Of a DNA stretch of 64,000 bases, positions 1 to 13,804 are shown piece by piece (position 1 is the stretch's first letter; each line of letters starts with the position of its first letter). This DNA is from Octopus vulgaris (Eukaryota), in NCBI GenBank assembly GCA_951406725.2, contig OX597818.1:40796001-40860000 (forward strand), read 5' to 3'. The translations under genes were made by a program, and so were the position numbers. The notes under the pieces were generated by a model. The model was not told the DNA's origin and searched no databases. It was given only the letters and a program-made list of their open reading frames with translations.

Positions 1-60
1 AGGCGGTGCTCCCGCATGGCCGCAGTCAAATGACTGAAACAAGTAAAAGAGTAAAAGAGT
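1..60 (+). mobile_element. 3' tail of SINE family A
   Basis: aggcggtgctcccgcatggccgcagtcaaatgactgaaacaagtaaaagagtaaaagag matches the 3' end of the full-length copy at 21017-21445. Confidence 0.85.
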
Positions 61-89
61 ATATATATATAAATACCTTTTATATATAT

Positions 90-193
<104 letters not shown>

Positions 194-235
194 ATCATAG
201 GTATTATATATATATATATATATATATACATATAG

Positions 236-296
<61 letters not shown>

Positions 297-643
297 CAAA
301 AAATGTGAGCAAAGGAATGTGTGAGGGAGTAACTGAATTACTGGGTGACCGAAATAATCTACAATAGAAACAGAACACAAAGGGAAGAAGTACATTGGGT
401 TGTTTCGTTACATAAAATCCAGATGTTTTAACTCTCACTTCTAGATTGTCGACCTAAACATGTAAGTACGCTTGTACCTATGCATATATGTATGAACGTA
501 TACATATATTTATGTACGATCGATTGTACGTACTTATAAACAAATGTGTGGGGGGAAATACGTGTTAATACATATGTGTATTTGGTTATGTGGATCTCTA
601 TATATCTATGAATTGATATACGTATATATATACATACATGCAT

Positions 644-1475
644 TATATATATATATATATAAACGGCAGTTTGTCTGTCTGTGTGTCTGTCAGGTTGTAC
701 CCTCACCCTGACCACGGCTTTCAACCGATTCTCATGAAACTTGACACACACATAGCCCAATGTCATAATTCAAAACTAACGCAGCGAAAATTTTGAAAAG
801 TTCCCCCAGTTCAGAAAAAAATTGATAAATTCGACATGAGGTCGAGAATCTAAGCTTCTTATATGCAACACATTTTCTGTTGTAGTTTTCGCAACTTGCA
901 ATCGATTTTCACCAAACTCATGGTGAAGCTTAATGTTACCCTAAGAAACTTAATTCTGACGTTAGTTTTCCATGCAATACCTTACCATCAGAAAAAATCG
1001 ATAAAATCATGCCATTTTGGGAAATCACGTTCAAATTCAAGATAACATATTTTCGACAATATCTTTCACAAATTGGCAGGATCTTTTTTAATTCACAGCG
1101 AGCATCATGTCTGCTCCAAGGAGCTATATGGCCCTTTTTATTCCAATAGGATACTTTATTACTGGAAAAAATCGGTTAATTAAATCATACGTGGCACACA
1201 TAGCAAACCGATTTGTGTATTAAACACAAACCACAGACTGTATAGGGGACGCAACTCGACCTTTTTAACTCTCTTGGGAGGCGCAATGATGTTTTCATGT
1301 TTTCGCCCAAAGGGACAGCTAGGAACATCGTATACACAGAAGTATTCGAGTGAAGAGAAGACATTGCAACCTACACATGCTCCTTCGTTCCCTAGGGGGA
1401 AAGGACTAGATTAGGATTAGTCGTTGCCTACTAGGGGCTCTTACATACCCGGGCAACGCCGGGCTATGCTGCTAG
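644..1475 (+). mobile_element. Non-autonomous Helitron
   Basis: The 3' end has a GC hairpin cccgggcaacgccggg (1448-1463), then CTAG (1472-1475), then T. The 5' region tatatataaacggcagtttgtctgtctg resembles Helitron 5' ends; the terminal TC is blurred into a TA tract. The same terminus type occurs at 42923. Confidence 0.8.
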
Positions 1476-1496
1476 TATATATATATGAATAATTGT

Positions 1497-1541
1497 ATTC
1501 AAAGCAATGATTAGTAACTTACGAAACCGGTATGCTTGAAT
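1497..1541 (+). ncRNA. Minimal type I hammerhead ribozyme-like motif, A3:U8 core variant
   Basis: attcaaagca-ATGATTA-GTAA c TTAC-GAAAC-CG-GTA-tgcttgaat: stem I, core, stem II, GAAA, palindromic stem III (ACCGGT) and a GUA site. The stem II loop is very tight. Confidence 0.6.
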
Positions 1542-1715
1542 CTCTTTAATAATTTCAAAATAATGACTTTTATTACTTTTATATATCTTTTGTTACTTTG
1601 CATAAAAAGCCATTATTTTTTTTTTATTTACAATGTGCATTTTCGTCTATTTTCCTTAATTTCCCCTTACACTACCATGTGTAGATTCTATTTTCTTTTT
1701 GTAACATATTTCTAT

Positions 1716-1780
<65 letters not shown>

Positions 1781-1783
<3 letters not shown>

Positions 1784-1891
1784 CCTGCTCGCTTAGCCAG
1801 TGGGGTGGCGTCATTCGAAGGCTAAAACAATGCAAACGCATTGTGACCAGTGATCTGTAACAACATCTGATGGTCTGGTCGGTCACGTGAT

Positions 1892-1898
<7 letters not shown>
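1781..1898 (+). mobile_element. 3' tail of SINE family C (tail type 2)
   Basis: cgcattgtgaccagtgatctgtaacaacatctgatggtctggtcggtcacgtgatcacgtga matches the tail of the tRNA-headed element at 56921-57184. Confidence 0.75.
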
Positions 1899-1966
<68 letters not shown>

Positions 1967-1984
1967 TATGCAGAAAATAAATCA

Positions 1985-2231
1985 TCGATGGCGGAATAGC
2001 TGTGAAAACACAATTGAAGATCAGATAAATAAAAATAAAATAACCTTAGAAGACGGGAAAAGTAGCCAGCAAACAGCTACAGAGAATCGAACTCCGTACC
2101 TCTCAAATTCCGGCTTAGAGCACTCAGTCAGAATTTGAAAGGTTCGGGTTTCAAAACTCTATGCCGACGTTCTGGCCACTGTTATTTAGCCGATCTTCAA
2201 AGCTGTTTTCATACAGCTATTCTTCGTTCGA
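1985..2231. repeat. Diverged fold-back (inverted repeat) element
   Basis: gaatagctgtgaaaacacaattgaagatcagataaataa pairs with ttatttagccgatcttcaaagctgttttcatacagctattc. The inner arms ...ctctcaaattccggct / agtcagaatttgaaagg... also pair. Confidence 0.7.
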
Positions 2232-2254
2232 CATTTTCTTTATTTCCTTTGTGA

Positions 2255-2286
<32 letters not shown>

Positions 2287-2373
2287 ACACAACACACACA
2301 TAACACACACACACGCATACACACACACATACACACGCATATACACACACATAACCGCATATATGTATGTATG

Positions 2374-2417
<44 letters not shown>

Positions 2418-2427
2418 TATGTATATA

Positions 2428-2479
<52 letters not shown>

Positions 2480-2491
2480 TATATATACATA

Positions 2492-2561
<70 letters not shown>

Positions 2562-3726
2562 TTTATCTATTTGTTTATAAATGTCTGTGTATATATATAT
2601 ATAATTTATTGAAATTATATGTTTATTCTACCAATAACTTAAGTCACACGTGTCATAATACAGGATAATATATGTGTGTTGTTTGTGTGTTGGTTGATGA
2701 TATATCAGTGAATATGATTGTCTGTATGCACGTATGTCAGTCTCGGTATTATGTTTGTGAATGTTTTTGCGATTCAATTTTAGTCCTAGTCTGTACGTGA
2801 GTTCATGTTCGTGTGTATAATCTTCATGTCTGTCTGTAATATATGAATGAACCAGAGCGAAGACGTATGATTGCCGGCTGTATACAGCAATGAGAATCTT
2901 ACAAACATCATGTAAAGAAAATATAAGACACGAAAGAGGAATAAAAACGATAGAAGCCATGTGAATATAGAAAGCTGGTATGAATAATTATGAGTCAAAA
3001 AATATAGGTAATAAATATATCTGAAAATTTAAAGAGAAAATAATCATAAAATAACAAAACGATATGTTAGATATTTGTGAAAACAAAGGGAAGATAATTT
3101 CTACAATGAGATTTAATATAAATAAAAGATGAAAAAAGAAGTGTGACAGTAGAAGAAATATTTAACCCAAATAAACAAAAACTGTGTGTGTAGAAACGAA
3201 AATATTTACAGTTAAGGAATAATTGCAAAGTATTTTTGTATGTTGCATACATATATATTTCGGAATCAGAGAGGTTTTTAGTTTATAATTATATCGTAAC
3301 AAACGGCAATTCAGCTTCCATATGAACTTGCCCTTGATTTGTTTTTTTTGTGTGTTTTCTTTTTTCTTTGTCTTTCGCTATGCTATTTTTTGTTTTTGTT
3401 ATCTCAACTTTCAGATACATTATTATAGATAGAAAAATAGTTTGCAATGCATAAAGAGAAGGAATATGTATATTCATATGCATATATTTGACACACATAC
3501 AAATATTTATTTTCTTCAGTTTTCCTGTAGTGTAATTAGATATATTTTTGTACATGCAATACGTATACGAACGCGTGTATCTATATATATGTGTGTGTGT
3601 GTAATGCTTTATGTACACACGCACAGTATGCATATACACACAAGCACATGCATGTGTATATTTATTCATGTATATATATATATATATATATATATACGTA
3701 TATATATGTATGTATATATATATATG

Positions 3727-3791
<65 letters not shown>

Positions 3792-3946
3792 ATTCTACCA
3801 ATTATATACGCTTTTATTATATTTTTGCAATTTACTTAATCATTTTATTGTTATATCACTTTTAATATTTCTATTATATGTAATTTGCTAGATGGTGTGA
3901 TTTATTGGTTCATTTTGAATTGATAAAAGGTGGGGGTTTTTTCTAA

Positions 3947-3991
<45 letters not shown>

Positions 3992-4058
3992 GTGTGAAAT
4001 TTGATTTAGTATCTCTGAATTGATTTTTTCCCTGTAAGTTTGGATTTATATTCCCTCA

Positions 4059-4098
<40 letters not shown>

Positions 4099-4102
<4 letters not shown>

Positions 4103-4124
4103 ACGAGAGTGGACGAAAGCGCTA
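4099..4124 (+). ncRNA. 3' half of a hammerhead motif (5' core missing)
   Basis: GTCCAC-GAGA-GTGGAC-GAAA-GCGC-TA: perfect 6-bp stem II with GNRA loop, GAAA and palindromic AGCGCT. The CUGANGA position is occupied by (TA)n. Confidence 0.5.
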
Positions 4125-4333
4125 CTTTATGATATATGATTTATAAAAACATGTAACATACTAATAAATATCTGTAAATATAAAACCATCCATATTTCTG
4201 AGTATCTCATTTCTTCTAATATATAATACCTGTACATCATCTCCAAACCTTCTAATATACGTATATGTATACATGTGTATGTAATTTATGTATGTATGTA
4301 TGTATTATGTATGTATGTATGTATGTATGTATG

Positions 4334-4388
<55 letters not shown>

Positions 4389-4732
4389 TGTAAATAATAA
4401 TAATAGCGTTTTATAAGCTTAAAGCCTATAAGCGATCACAGCGCAATGACTAAAGAAAATAGTCCAATAATGGGGCATGTAAGCCCTTGACAGAAAATGA
4501 GTAGGTTTTCCCGTATGAAGCTCGCGTGGTTCTACGTACCTTCACAGTTGCTGCCAGATTTTTATTTTTAACTCAGAGGATGTAAAACTCTCCTTCGCCA
4601 CATGATTTTTTTTTCATTCATGTTTTCCCCGAATTAGAATTCTATCGAAACGTTGGTTTCTCCACTCCTCAGAATGAGTTCACTGTAGTCTTTTTATTGA
4701 TTTTGTCGTGTGGTGTAGTATGTGTATGTATA

Positions 4733-4791
<59 letters not shown>

Positions 4792-4799
4792 ATATATAT

Positions 4800-4952
4800 A
4801 TAATATGTGACAATCAGTTGGTTGTCATAATAAAACTCAGAGTTTTGGATACCGGGGCTGAAGTCTGCTCCGGCATCTCATCAGTTATTAAGACAAAGCG
4901 CTAGCGTTTTGTCTTGTATTATTATGACAACCAACTAATTGTCACATATTAT
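4800..4952. repeat. ~150-bp element with 33-bp terminal inverted repeats enclosing a hammerhead
   Basis: ataatatgtgacaatcagttggttgtcataata / tattatgacaaccaactaattgtcacatattat (1 mismatch), adjacent to (TA)n. Confidence 0.8.
4826..4890 (-). ncRNA. Type I hammerhead ribozyme motif with G12C substitution
   Basis: Minus strand reads TAATAA-CTGATGA-GATGCCGG..CCGGTATC-CAAA-ACTC t GAGT-T-TTATTA: canonical CUGAUGA and three stems, with GAAA changed to CAAA. Confidence 0.7.
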
Positions 4953-5025
4953 ATTTATAGATATATTCTTCTATTTTACATAATATCGAGGTCTCATTCA
5001 TTCTTTTATAGTCATATTATTATTA

Positions 5026-5128
<103 letters not shown>

Positions 5129-5211
5129 CATCATCATATTATTATTATTATTATTATTATTATTATCATTATTATTATTATTACTATTATTATTATTATT
5201 ATCATCATATA

Positions 5212-5282
<71 letters not shown>

Positions 5283-5289
5283 GTATGTG

Positions 5290-5321
<32 letters not shown>

Positions 5322-6059
5322 TACATACATACATACATACATACATACATACATACATACATACATACATACATACATACATACATACATACATACACAC
5401 ATACATACATACATACATACATACATACATACATACATACATACATACATACATACATACATACATACATACATACATACATACATACATACATACATGC
5501 ATGCATACATACATACATGCGCACACTAATAATGTACACTCGGAAACAAAAATCAATTCTTTTCAAAGAATAAGCGGAGGGAGAAATAAAGCGTTAGATT
5601 AATAGATAAAAACTGATGCAGAAAGGGTGGAGGGGGAGTCCTGTCGAAAGAGAACGAAAATACTTCTATTGTTCAGTAAAGCAAGCAAAGTTGTTTAGCA
5701 GCCAGTGAAAACGCCATGTTGTTTTTCTCTCTGTCTGTTGCCGGAAGGAAAATAACGCTGGCAGGAAGTTTCCTCTCTCGTACTGTATCAAGTGGTTGCT
5801 AGTTCATCTAAGTCTATTTATTCTTTTTCCTTCTCGTTTTTCCAACTGACTAACTGACCATTCTTCAAACACTTACCACCTGTTTACTTGGTCATCGCTA
5901 ATTTACTTGTCAGGCTCCAAACATGAAAGTGATTCGTTTGAAGAAATAATCAATTTATTACTATTCATGTTATCATTATTATTATGTAATTTTTTCTATA
6001 TTGCCACCCCCATCCCCACCTCATTGCTCTTGATGCAAATAAAAGAAGTTGTTGATATT

Positions 6060-7265
6060 ACTATTATTATTATTATTTTAATCATTTTCATTATCAACTT
6101 CTTTCAATTCTGTTTCCATTTCTTGTCGAGTGTCTTCCTGACACCTAGGACAGAGAAATGCTCTGTGTACATTGGCAGACCATTAAAATAACACATCAGA
6201 TTGTTCATTTACAAAGTCATGTGATAGAGAAGAAGGGGAAGAATGACAGAGAGAAAAAGAAATAAAGGAAAAATTAAAAAGTAAACAAAGAACATAAAGG
6301 GGAAAAAAGAAAAGAAAATTCACAACAATACTCTTCTCAGTACGTGTGACGTACCAGTTAAGACAATCTTTTGCACTTCCTACACGAATGGTAAGCCATG
6401 AATCATTCTTAAATAATTTTTAGTTCATTTTTTTATCATTCCAAGTGCTCCTACAATCACTGGTATTGTAACCGTCTTGAGATGCCACATCTTTTCGATT
6501 TCGATCAGTAAATCTTTATATTTTCTGAACTTATCAAATTCTTTTACGGAGATATTATGGGTACAGGGTATACTCATGTCAATCAATAAACAAAATTGTT
6601 TTGGTCTTTCACAACATTATCTGGTTTATTTGCTTTGAGGGTCCTGTCTGTACATACTGGAAATCCCCAAAGAATCATTACATTTTCTCCCTCAGTTACA
6701 TCCTCAGAATGGTGCTTGTACCATTTGTCCGAAGTTTTGATTTTATAATGCTGACACATTATCCAGTGTAGATATTAGCCAACTCTGTCATTCCTTGATT
6801 TGTTTCGTACCGGTGCTAAAACCTTACACCCAGAGAATAGGTGGTCTCAATCCCATCGTTGCAGTATCGGCATTTTGAAGAACTACTACCCAGAGATTAG
6901 GTGGTCCACTGCTTCAATCCTGTCTTTGCAGTATCGGTACTTTGGGTCTACACCCTTTTTCATCACGTTGGCTTGATAGTTCCGGATCAATAAGCTCTGC
7001 TGTTGAGCAACCAAGATAAAGCCTTCACTCTCTGCCTTTAGCCCTGAGCTCTGTAGTCACTGACGTATATGCATCTGGTCTTTGCTACGGGCTACATATT
7101 TGTCATGTAGAAGTTTCTGTTCCCACCTATCAGCCAATTGTTCGAAAGCATTTTTCTTTGCTATTGATTTTACCTTTGTAATTATACTATCTTCCCCTTT
7201 TTCATTTTCCATAGTCGGGCTATTTAGTATTTAAAAGGGTTGTATCTATCTACCTTTCCGTCTTT
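6060..7265 (-). mobile_element. R4/Dong-clade non-LTR retrotransposon, degraded 3' portion (CCHC + restriction-like endonuclease + 3' UTR)
   Basis: Minus strand encodes ...WYKHH..VTEGENV..LW.FPV.TDRT.KANKPD...CLLIDMSIP...KEFDK.RKYKDL.IEIEKMW.LKTVTIPVIVGALG. Homologous to 12112-12945 and ends at a TAA-type repeat. Confidence 0.8.
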
Positions 7266-7344
7266 CTTCTTGGCTATTCGTGGGTCAAAGGGACATGCAA
7301 CATCAACTATATGCTAATATTGTGCATCATATATGCATATGTGG

Positions 7345-7472
7345 TGCCACTAGGTCCGGTCTGCTATGCTCTTGCACCTGATCTACTTGGATTGGGAAAT
7401 CCCAGAGGATTTTGCTAGTCTCCGACTCCACCACTCTCTGGTTTGTGCTCATACCACGTCTTGCCTCTCTCT
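7345..7472 (-). mobile_element. Short R4/Dong-like endonuclease fragment (second family)
   Basis: Minus strand: GKTWYEHKPE/VVESETSKILWDFPIQVDQVQEHSRPDLV with one frameshift, next to (ATT)n. Confidence 0.65.
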
Positions 7473-7525
7473 AATTATTATTATTATTATCATCATTGTT
7501 ACACACACACACAGACACACACACA

Positions 7526-7658
<133 letters not shown>

Positions 7659-8236
7659 AAGTTTATTTGCCAACATAAGGTGGCTGTCCTACGCAGAACT
7701 ATGTAACTACCTTTTAACCTCAGGAAAACAACTTTTCCAGCTGGTTACCGACACACAATCTGTGCCTGATATACTGTGAGCAAGGGAATGTACTACTCCC
7801 CTCTAACTATTAGCAGTACCAGCAGATCATGGTTTCTGAGTTATTTCGCATTGTCGGTACTGGATAATTGCCGGCTAGAGATGGCAATCACTCGACCGTA
7901 CTCACTTGCAAAAACAGAGAAGCGACAGACAGTCGCTGATCTCGTAAGGAGCAAAACAGCTAGTTTTAAAAGTTATAAATGAGAATTAAATAGTAACGAT
8001 TCTGAACAGTACAGTTTCTTTTGCCAACGTAAGGTCACTGATCTACGCAGCTGGTTAAATAATATAATAATAATGAAATTATTGTATACAGTGCTCAGGT
8101 GCACCACAACTTGTCAGAAAGTGCGTATAAGGTGTATGCAGTAATGTACAAATGTCTGGAAAGCGAACTATGTATGAGTCAGATACAAGCTTGTGTGTGT
8201 ATGGAGGGGGAGAAAATCAGGTGTAGTGTTGGCGAA

Positions 8237-8383
8237 TGTGATAAGTAGCTTGCTTACGAACCACATGGTTCCGGGTTCAGTTACACTGCGTGGCACCTTG
8301 GGCAAGTGTCTTCTACTATAGCCTCGGGCCGACCAAAGCCTTGTGAGTGGATTTGGTAGACGGAAAGTGAAAGAAGCCCGTCG

Positions 8384-8461
<78 letters not shown>

Positions 8462-8689
8462 TATGTGTTTATATGTTTGTGTGTCTCTGTGTTTGTACCC
8501 TCAATATTGCTTGACAACCGATGGTGGCGTGTTTACACCCCTGTAACTTAGCGGTTCGGCTAAACAGACCGATAGAATAAGTACTAGGCTTACAAAGAAT
8601 AAATCCTGGGGTCGATTTGCTCGACTAAAGGTGCTGCTCCAGCATGGCCACAGTCAAGTGCCTGAAACAAGTAAAAAAAGTAAAAGAGT
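8237..8689 (+). mobile_element. SINE family A copy (slightly 5'-truncated)
   Basis: B-box ggttcagtt, CORE-like ccttgggcaagtgtcttc, internal (TA)n and tail ...gaaacaagtaaaa; colinear with 21017-21445. Confidence 0.9.
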
Positions 8690-8837
8690 ATGAGCACCGA
8701 TTTTAGGATCTATTCGGTAACAAACAATGAAAGAATAAGTACCAGGTTAAGAAATGTCATGGAGTTCATTTGTTCGACTAAAATTCTTCAAGGCGAGGAT
8801 CCAGCACGGATGTAGTCTAATGTCTGAAACAAGTAAA

Positions 8838-9062
8838 CGAGCTGGCAGAAACGTTAGCACGCCGGACGAAATGCGTAGCCGCATTCGTCTGTCGTTACGT
8901 TCCGAGTTCAAATTCCGCCGAGGTCGACTTTACCTTTCATCCTTTCGAGGTCGATAAATTAAGTACCAGTTACACACTGGAGTCGATGTAATCGACTTAT
9001 TCCCTTTGTCTGTCCTTGTTTGTCCCCTCTGTGTTTAGCCCCTTGTGGGTAGTAAAGAAATA
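8838..9062 (+). mobile_element. SINE family B (Nin/Deu-like central domain)
   Basis: gagctggcagaaacgttagc (A-box-like), gagttcaaattcc (B-box) and gtcgactttacctttcatcctttcgaggtcgataaattaagtaccag (Nin-like domain). Confidence 0.85.
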
Positions 9063-9569
9063 GATAATGCATACATACATACATACATACATACATACAT
9101 ACATACATACATACATACATACATACATACATACATACATAGAAATACGTGGAATGTATGCTGTTTGTTGTAAAATATTAGAAATACAAAATTTTTGTTA
9201 GTAAATTTGTTTACTTGAGTATGGGGTTTAGATAAGGACTCTTTGAAAGTTCCTAGTTATGAGTTTGACCATCTGTTTGCTTTGAAATGTGTGTGGGTGC
9301 AGGGAATTTTTAAACAAAGATAAGGAATTTGTAAGAATTATACAAAAGGTTTATTGGTTGGAGTATACAGAAAGCAATGCCAGCTGTATCAGCTGTATGT
9401 TAAGGAATGAGACAAAGAGCAAAAGTATTTTGGATAGTCGTTATATAAATATATATACACAAACACACACACACATATATATATATATATACATACACAT
9501 ACATATATTCATATAGGAAAGATTTATAAATTCATAAATATATATATGCACACGCACACACACACACAA

Positions 9570-9619
<50 letters not shown>

Positions 9620-9694
9620 ATATATGTTGCGGCCTCTAATGTTATTGTTTTTAGAAATGTCGTTCTTTTATACATACATACATACATACATACA

Positions 9695-9728
<34 letters not shown>

Positions 9729-9757
9729 CATACATACATATATACATACATATATAC

Positions 9758-9790
<33 letters not shown>

Positions 9791-9853
9791 CGTAAATGTC
9801 GAACGATGAAATATGTGCTCAACACTGCATTGATGGTTATATAATTTCTTCAT

Positions 9854-10086
9854 TGGTGAATTAAGGTTACCATTGAATTTACGTTAAGAAAAATAGGAAA
9901 ATATCTTGGTGTCTTAACAATTTTTCATGCCGATCACACAGAGAAAGGTGTTAGCCTCCATTCTCGAAAACCTCCAAAATGAAGACGAACACCTTTCTTC
10001 ATGGGATCGGCTTCAATCATTGTTAAGACAACAGGATATTTTTTTACTTTTCTGAACATAAAACAAATGGTAGCCTTAATTCACCA
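9854..10086. repeat. Fold-back element, ~110-bp diverged arms
   Basis: tggtgaattaaggttaccatt...tgtcttaacaat...gccgatcac...gaaaggtgtt pairs with aacacctttc...gggatcggc...attgttaagaca...aatggtagccttaattcacca, lying between TA tracts. Confidence 0.8.
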
Positions 10087-10096
10087 TAAAGAATAA

Positions 10097-10182
<86 letters not shown>

Positions 10183-11548
10183 GGTTATGTAATATATGTA
10201 TATATGTACATATGTGTTTGTGCATGTGTGTCTATACGTGTATATATGTATGTATGCATGTATGAGAAAGAGAAAGAGGACTTAGAAATATAGACACTAA
10301 CATATTATCACCTAACCAATACACACACACATACGTGAGCACGCACACATATACACACCGCGTGCTGACACACAGGCACACACACGAGCGCGTGAGTGTG
10401 CATTCGTGTGTTACTATTGAGAGCAGGATCTGATCCATTTAGTTAATTATTCCACCTTTTCTCGTCTCTTGACACCACGGGGATTCGTTGTTAGCCACAA
10501 AGACGTTTATTTATTCATATGCTAGTTATCCTATTAACGATAGTTGTGTCTCTAGAGTTTTACACGCTCAATGGCGGGAAGGCGATGCTTGATTCGCGGC
10601 AAAATGAGTCTGTATATATTCATTATTAATGATTCCTTTTTTTCTTTTGTCTCTAAATTTGACATACAAGATTGATCTTTGTTATCAATTTGTTACATTT
10701 AACTGGGGGTTTTTTTCTTCATTTTATTTATCTATTGAGTAATATTTTATTTGTCTTGTAAATAAAATACTACTCACTCTCTCACCTATCCCGAAGAGAA
10801 ATTTACGTTTTCCGTCAAAATGCTAGAAATAGCAACTATATCTGTCTTAAATCACATATTCTAAAGCGTGGTTATGTGTTTAAGAAGTTCGTTTTGCAGT
10901 TGTATAGTTTTGGTTTCATTCCCGATGCGCGGCAATTGTCTTCTATTTAGAAAAATGCAGACCTGTATATCTTCACATTTGGAATGCTAATAACCGTTCG
11001 TACACTTATTCAATAGAAGTTCCCTGCGGTTGAATAGCAAGCGACATCAGATATATTCCAAATTTCTGAGAATATATCTCAGAATATATCTAAGTTTTAT
11101 CAGACGAAACGAAATCAAAACCCACTCCAGTCAACATATAAACACAGCAGATATTTCACAGCTGTTCTGTAAGAATGGTGAGTATCCCTTTCACTTGTGG
11201 TAAGCAGTTGTCACTTATTTCAAGAATGTTGTCGATTTTGTTGACTCGTTCAGACTAGACTGGGGGCAGAGTTAGTGGGCCTTTTATTATATCTTTATGT
11301 GGCATGCACCAAATACGTTACAATGGTGCTCAACAAAGAAGGCTAAGCAGTCTAATTAAAACAGCCTAAAGGAAAACTGTGTTATTCAGATGAAAACTCA
11401 GACGCAGACATGCCTGTTAGGTGTAGAAGGTCGTTTTGCAACCACAAATTTCGAGTTCAATCTCACTGTGCGATATCTTGATTAAGTGTGACTTCTACTA
11501 TACACTCGGACCGACCAATGCTTGGTTGATGGAGACAGTGTGGAAGAC

Positions 11549-11622
<74 letters not shown>

Positions 11623-11635
11623 TAAAACTTACTTG

Positions 11636-11671
11636 GGATAGATGCGTGGCGTTCGATCATATAATAATATA

Positions 11672-11734
<63 letters not shown>

Positions 11735-11980
11735 TACCTACATATATATGTATATCTACATACATATATGGGTACAGGATTAACGGAGGGTTAAATTGGC
11801 GACAAAAAAACAGGACAGTGAGAGAAAAAAACAGTAAAAACAAACAGTAAGGGCTGTCTCGTTTCTCTGTTTGTTTCTTTCGTCGTATGGAAAAAAAGTT
11901 TTTGTTTTCCATGTTTTAGTTTTTTATGTTCTCGTTTCTCATTTTGTTCACATTTTTTGACGTCTTGTACCCAAATATGT
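11636..11980. mobile_element. Interspersed repeat (pLTR-like), internally inverted copy
   Basis: Shares gatgcgtggcgttcgatcat and gggtacagga...aggacagtgaga with 57600-58050. Its right half (11853-11972) is the reverse complement of about 57703-57815. Confidence 0.6.
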
Positions 11981-12043
11981 ATGTATATATACATATGTAT
12001 GCAGGTATGTACATATGCAGTATGTATATATATGTTATTATCC

Positions 12044-12075
<32 letters not shown>

Positions 12076-12111
12076 TATATTATTATTAATATTATTATTT
12101 ATATTATTATA

Positions 12112-12945
12112 TGATCGAACGGCTAAAGACAGTCAGCGTAGGCAGAGAGCGAAGGCTTTATCTCAGCTGCTCAAGATCAGAGCTAATTGACACGGAACTA
12201 CCAAGCCGATATTGCAACGATGAGATTGAAACAGTGGACCACCTAATCTCTGAGTGCAAGGATTTTGCACCAGTAGGGTATAAATCTACATATTACAGAG
12301 TTGGCCGTTATCTACACTGGATAATACGTCGGCATTATAAAATCAAAACTGCTGACAAATTGTGCAAGCACCATCGTGAGGCTGTAACTGAGGGAGAAAA
12401 TATAACGATTGTTTAGGACTTTCCAGAACATACAGATCGGATCATCAAAGCTGATAAACCAGATATCGTTGTCAAAGACCAAAACGATAATATCTGTTTA
12501 TTGATAGACATGAGCATACTCAGCAAAAGAATTTTGATAAACTCAGAAAATATAAACGTTTGCTTATTGAAATCAAAAAAATGTGGCATCACAAGACGGT
12601 TACAATACCAGTGATTGTAGGAGCACTAGGAATGATTAAAAAGGGAACTGAAAATTATTTGAGAATGATCCCTGATTCATGCGTATTGAGAAGAGCCATG
12701 TCGCAGTGAATTTTCTTTCTTTTTCCCTGTTATTTTCTTTGTTTCATTTTTCCCTTCTTTCCTCTGTCTTTCTTCCCTATTCTTTTGTCACATGACTTTG
12801 TAAATGAACAATTTTTTATGTTTGTTTTGATGACCAACCAATGTATACAGTGAGTATCTTTGACCTAGGTGTTGGGAAGACACTGGGCGAGAAATGGAAA
12901 CAAAATTGAAGGAAGAAGATAATGATAAAAATAATAAACAATAAT
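12112..12945 (+). mobile_element. R4/Dong-clade non-LTR retrotransposon 3' fragment
   Basis: The ORF track gives YCNDEIETVDHLISEC...RVGRYLHW; it continues DFPEHTDRIIKADKPDIVVKD...IPVIVGALG (PD-D/ExK RLE). The 3' UTR is shared with 6060-6370. Confidence 0.85.
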
Positions 12946-13804
12946 TAAAACGTCTAACTTGCACTGACTTGAGGTCTTTGGGTGAAACTTGTAACTTGCT
13001 CGAATAAAATGAAAGCAACAGCAACGAAAATGAAAAGAAGAAGAAGAAGAAGAAGAAGAAGAAGAAGAAGGAGGAGGAGGAGGAGGAGGAGAAGAAGAAG
13101 AAGAAGAAGAAGAAGAAGAAGAAGAAGAAGAAGAAGAAGAAGAACAAGAAGAACAAGAACAAGAAGAAGAAAATGAAGAATGAGAAAGATGAGGACGAGA
13201 AAGAGAAGGAGAAGGACGACGATGATAATGATTATACGTTATTTTCACATCCAAAGTCGCATACATAATTCATAATGCAACACACTAATTAACTAGCTTT
13301 AAAATGTACATTAAATAAAAATAGTTTTTGTTTTTTTTAAGTTGGATAGATATCTCAAGATAACATTACATTAATTAATACTCACTGTCTGAAAAGAACC
13401 ACGCCCTAGAAAAATTGATTTTATTTCTTCTAATTATTCACTCGTAAAAAATACAATATCACTTCAAGCCACGAGAACATAATTTTATATAATTAAAGTT
13501 ATTATTTTTTTTTAAACTTCTTCGTTATGAAATATAACACAATAAAATGTATTTATTTTAAAATGTATTGAGATTTATATTCAATTCTTTTACAAGACCA
13601 GTCACTGAATTGCGGTCATGCTGGGAAAAAGTCTTTGTATTATACGGTGTGTTATTGAAAAGTAATGATTATCTGATTATTTTTGTTTCTGGTTGTATTA
13701 TTCAAATAAGGTCTAAGGGCAATGAGTAACCGAAGGGCTCACTTTGCAATCATTTGGTATTGGGTTTAGGCCTACAGTGCGCAGAACCTTGGGCAAGTGT
13801 CTTT

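Noticed and set aside
21-48. SINE A tail cagtcaaatgactGAAACaaGTA as a hammerhead
   Set aside because: Has a stem plus GAAAC..GTA but no upstream NUGANNA core or stem I; more likely a LINE-recognition stem-loop.
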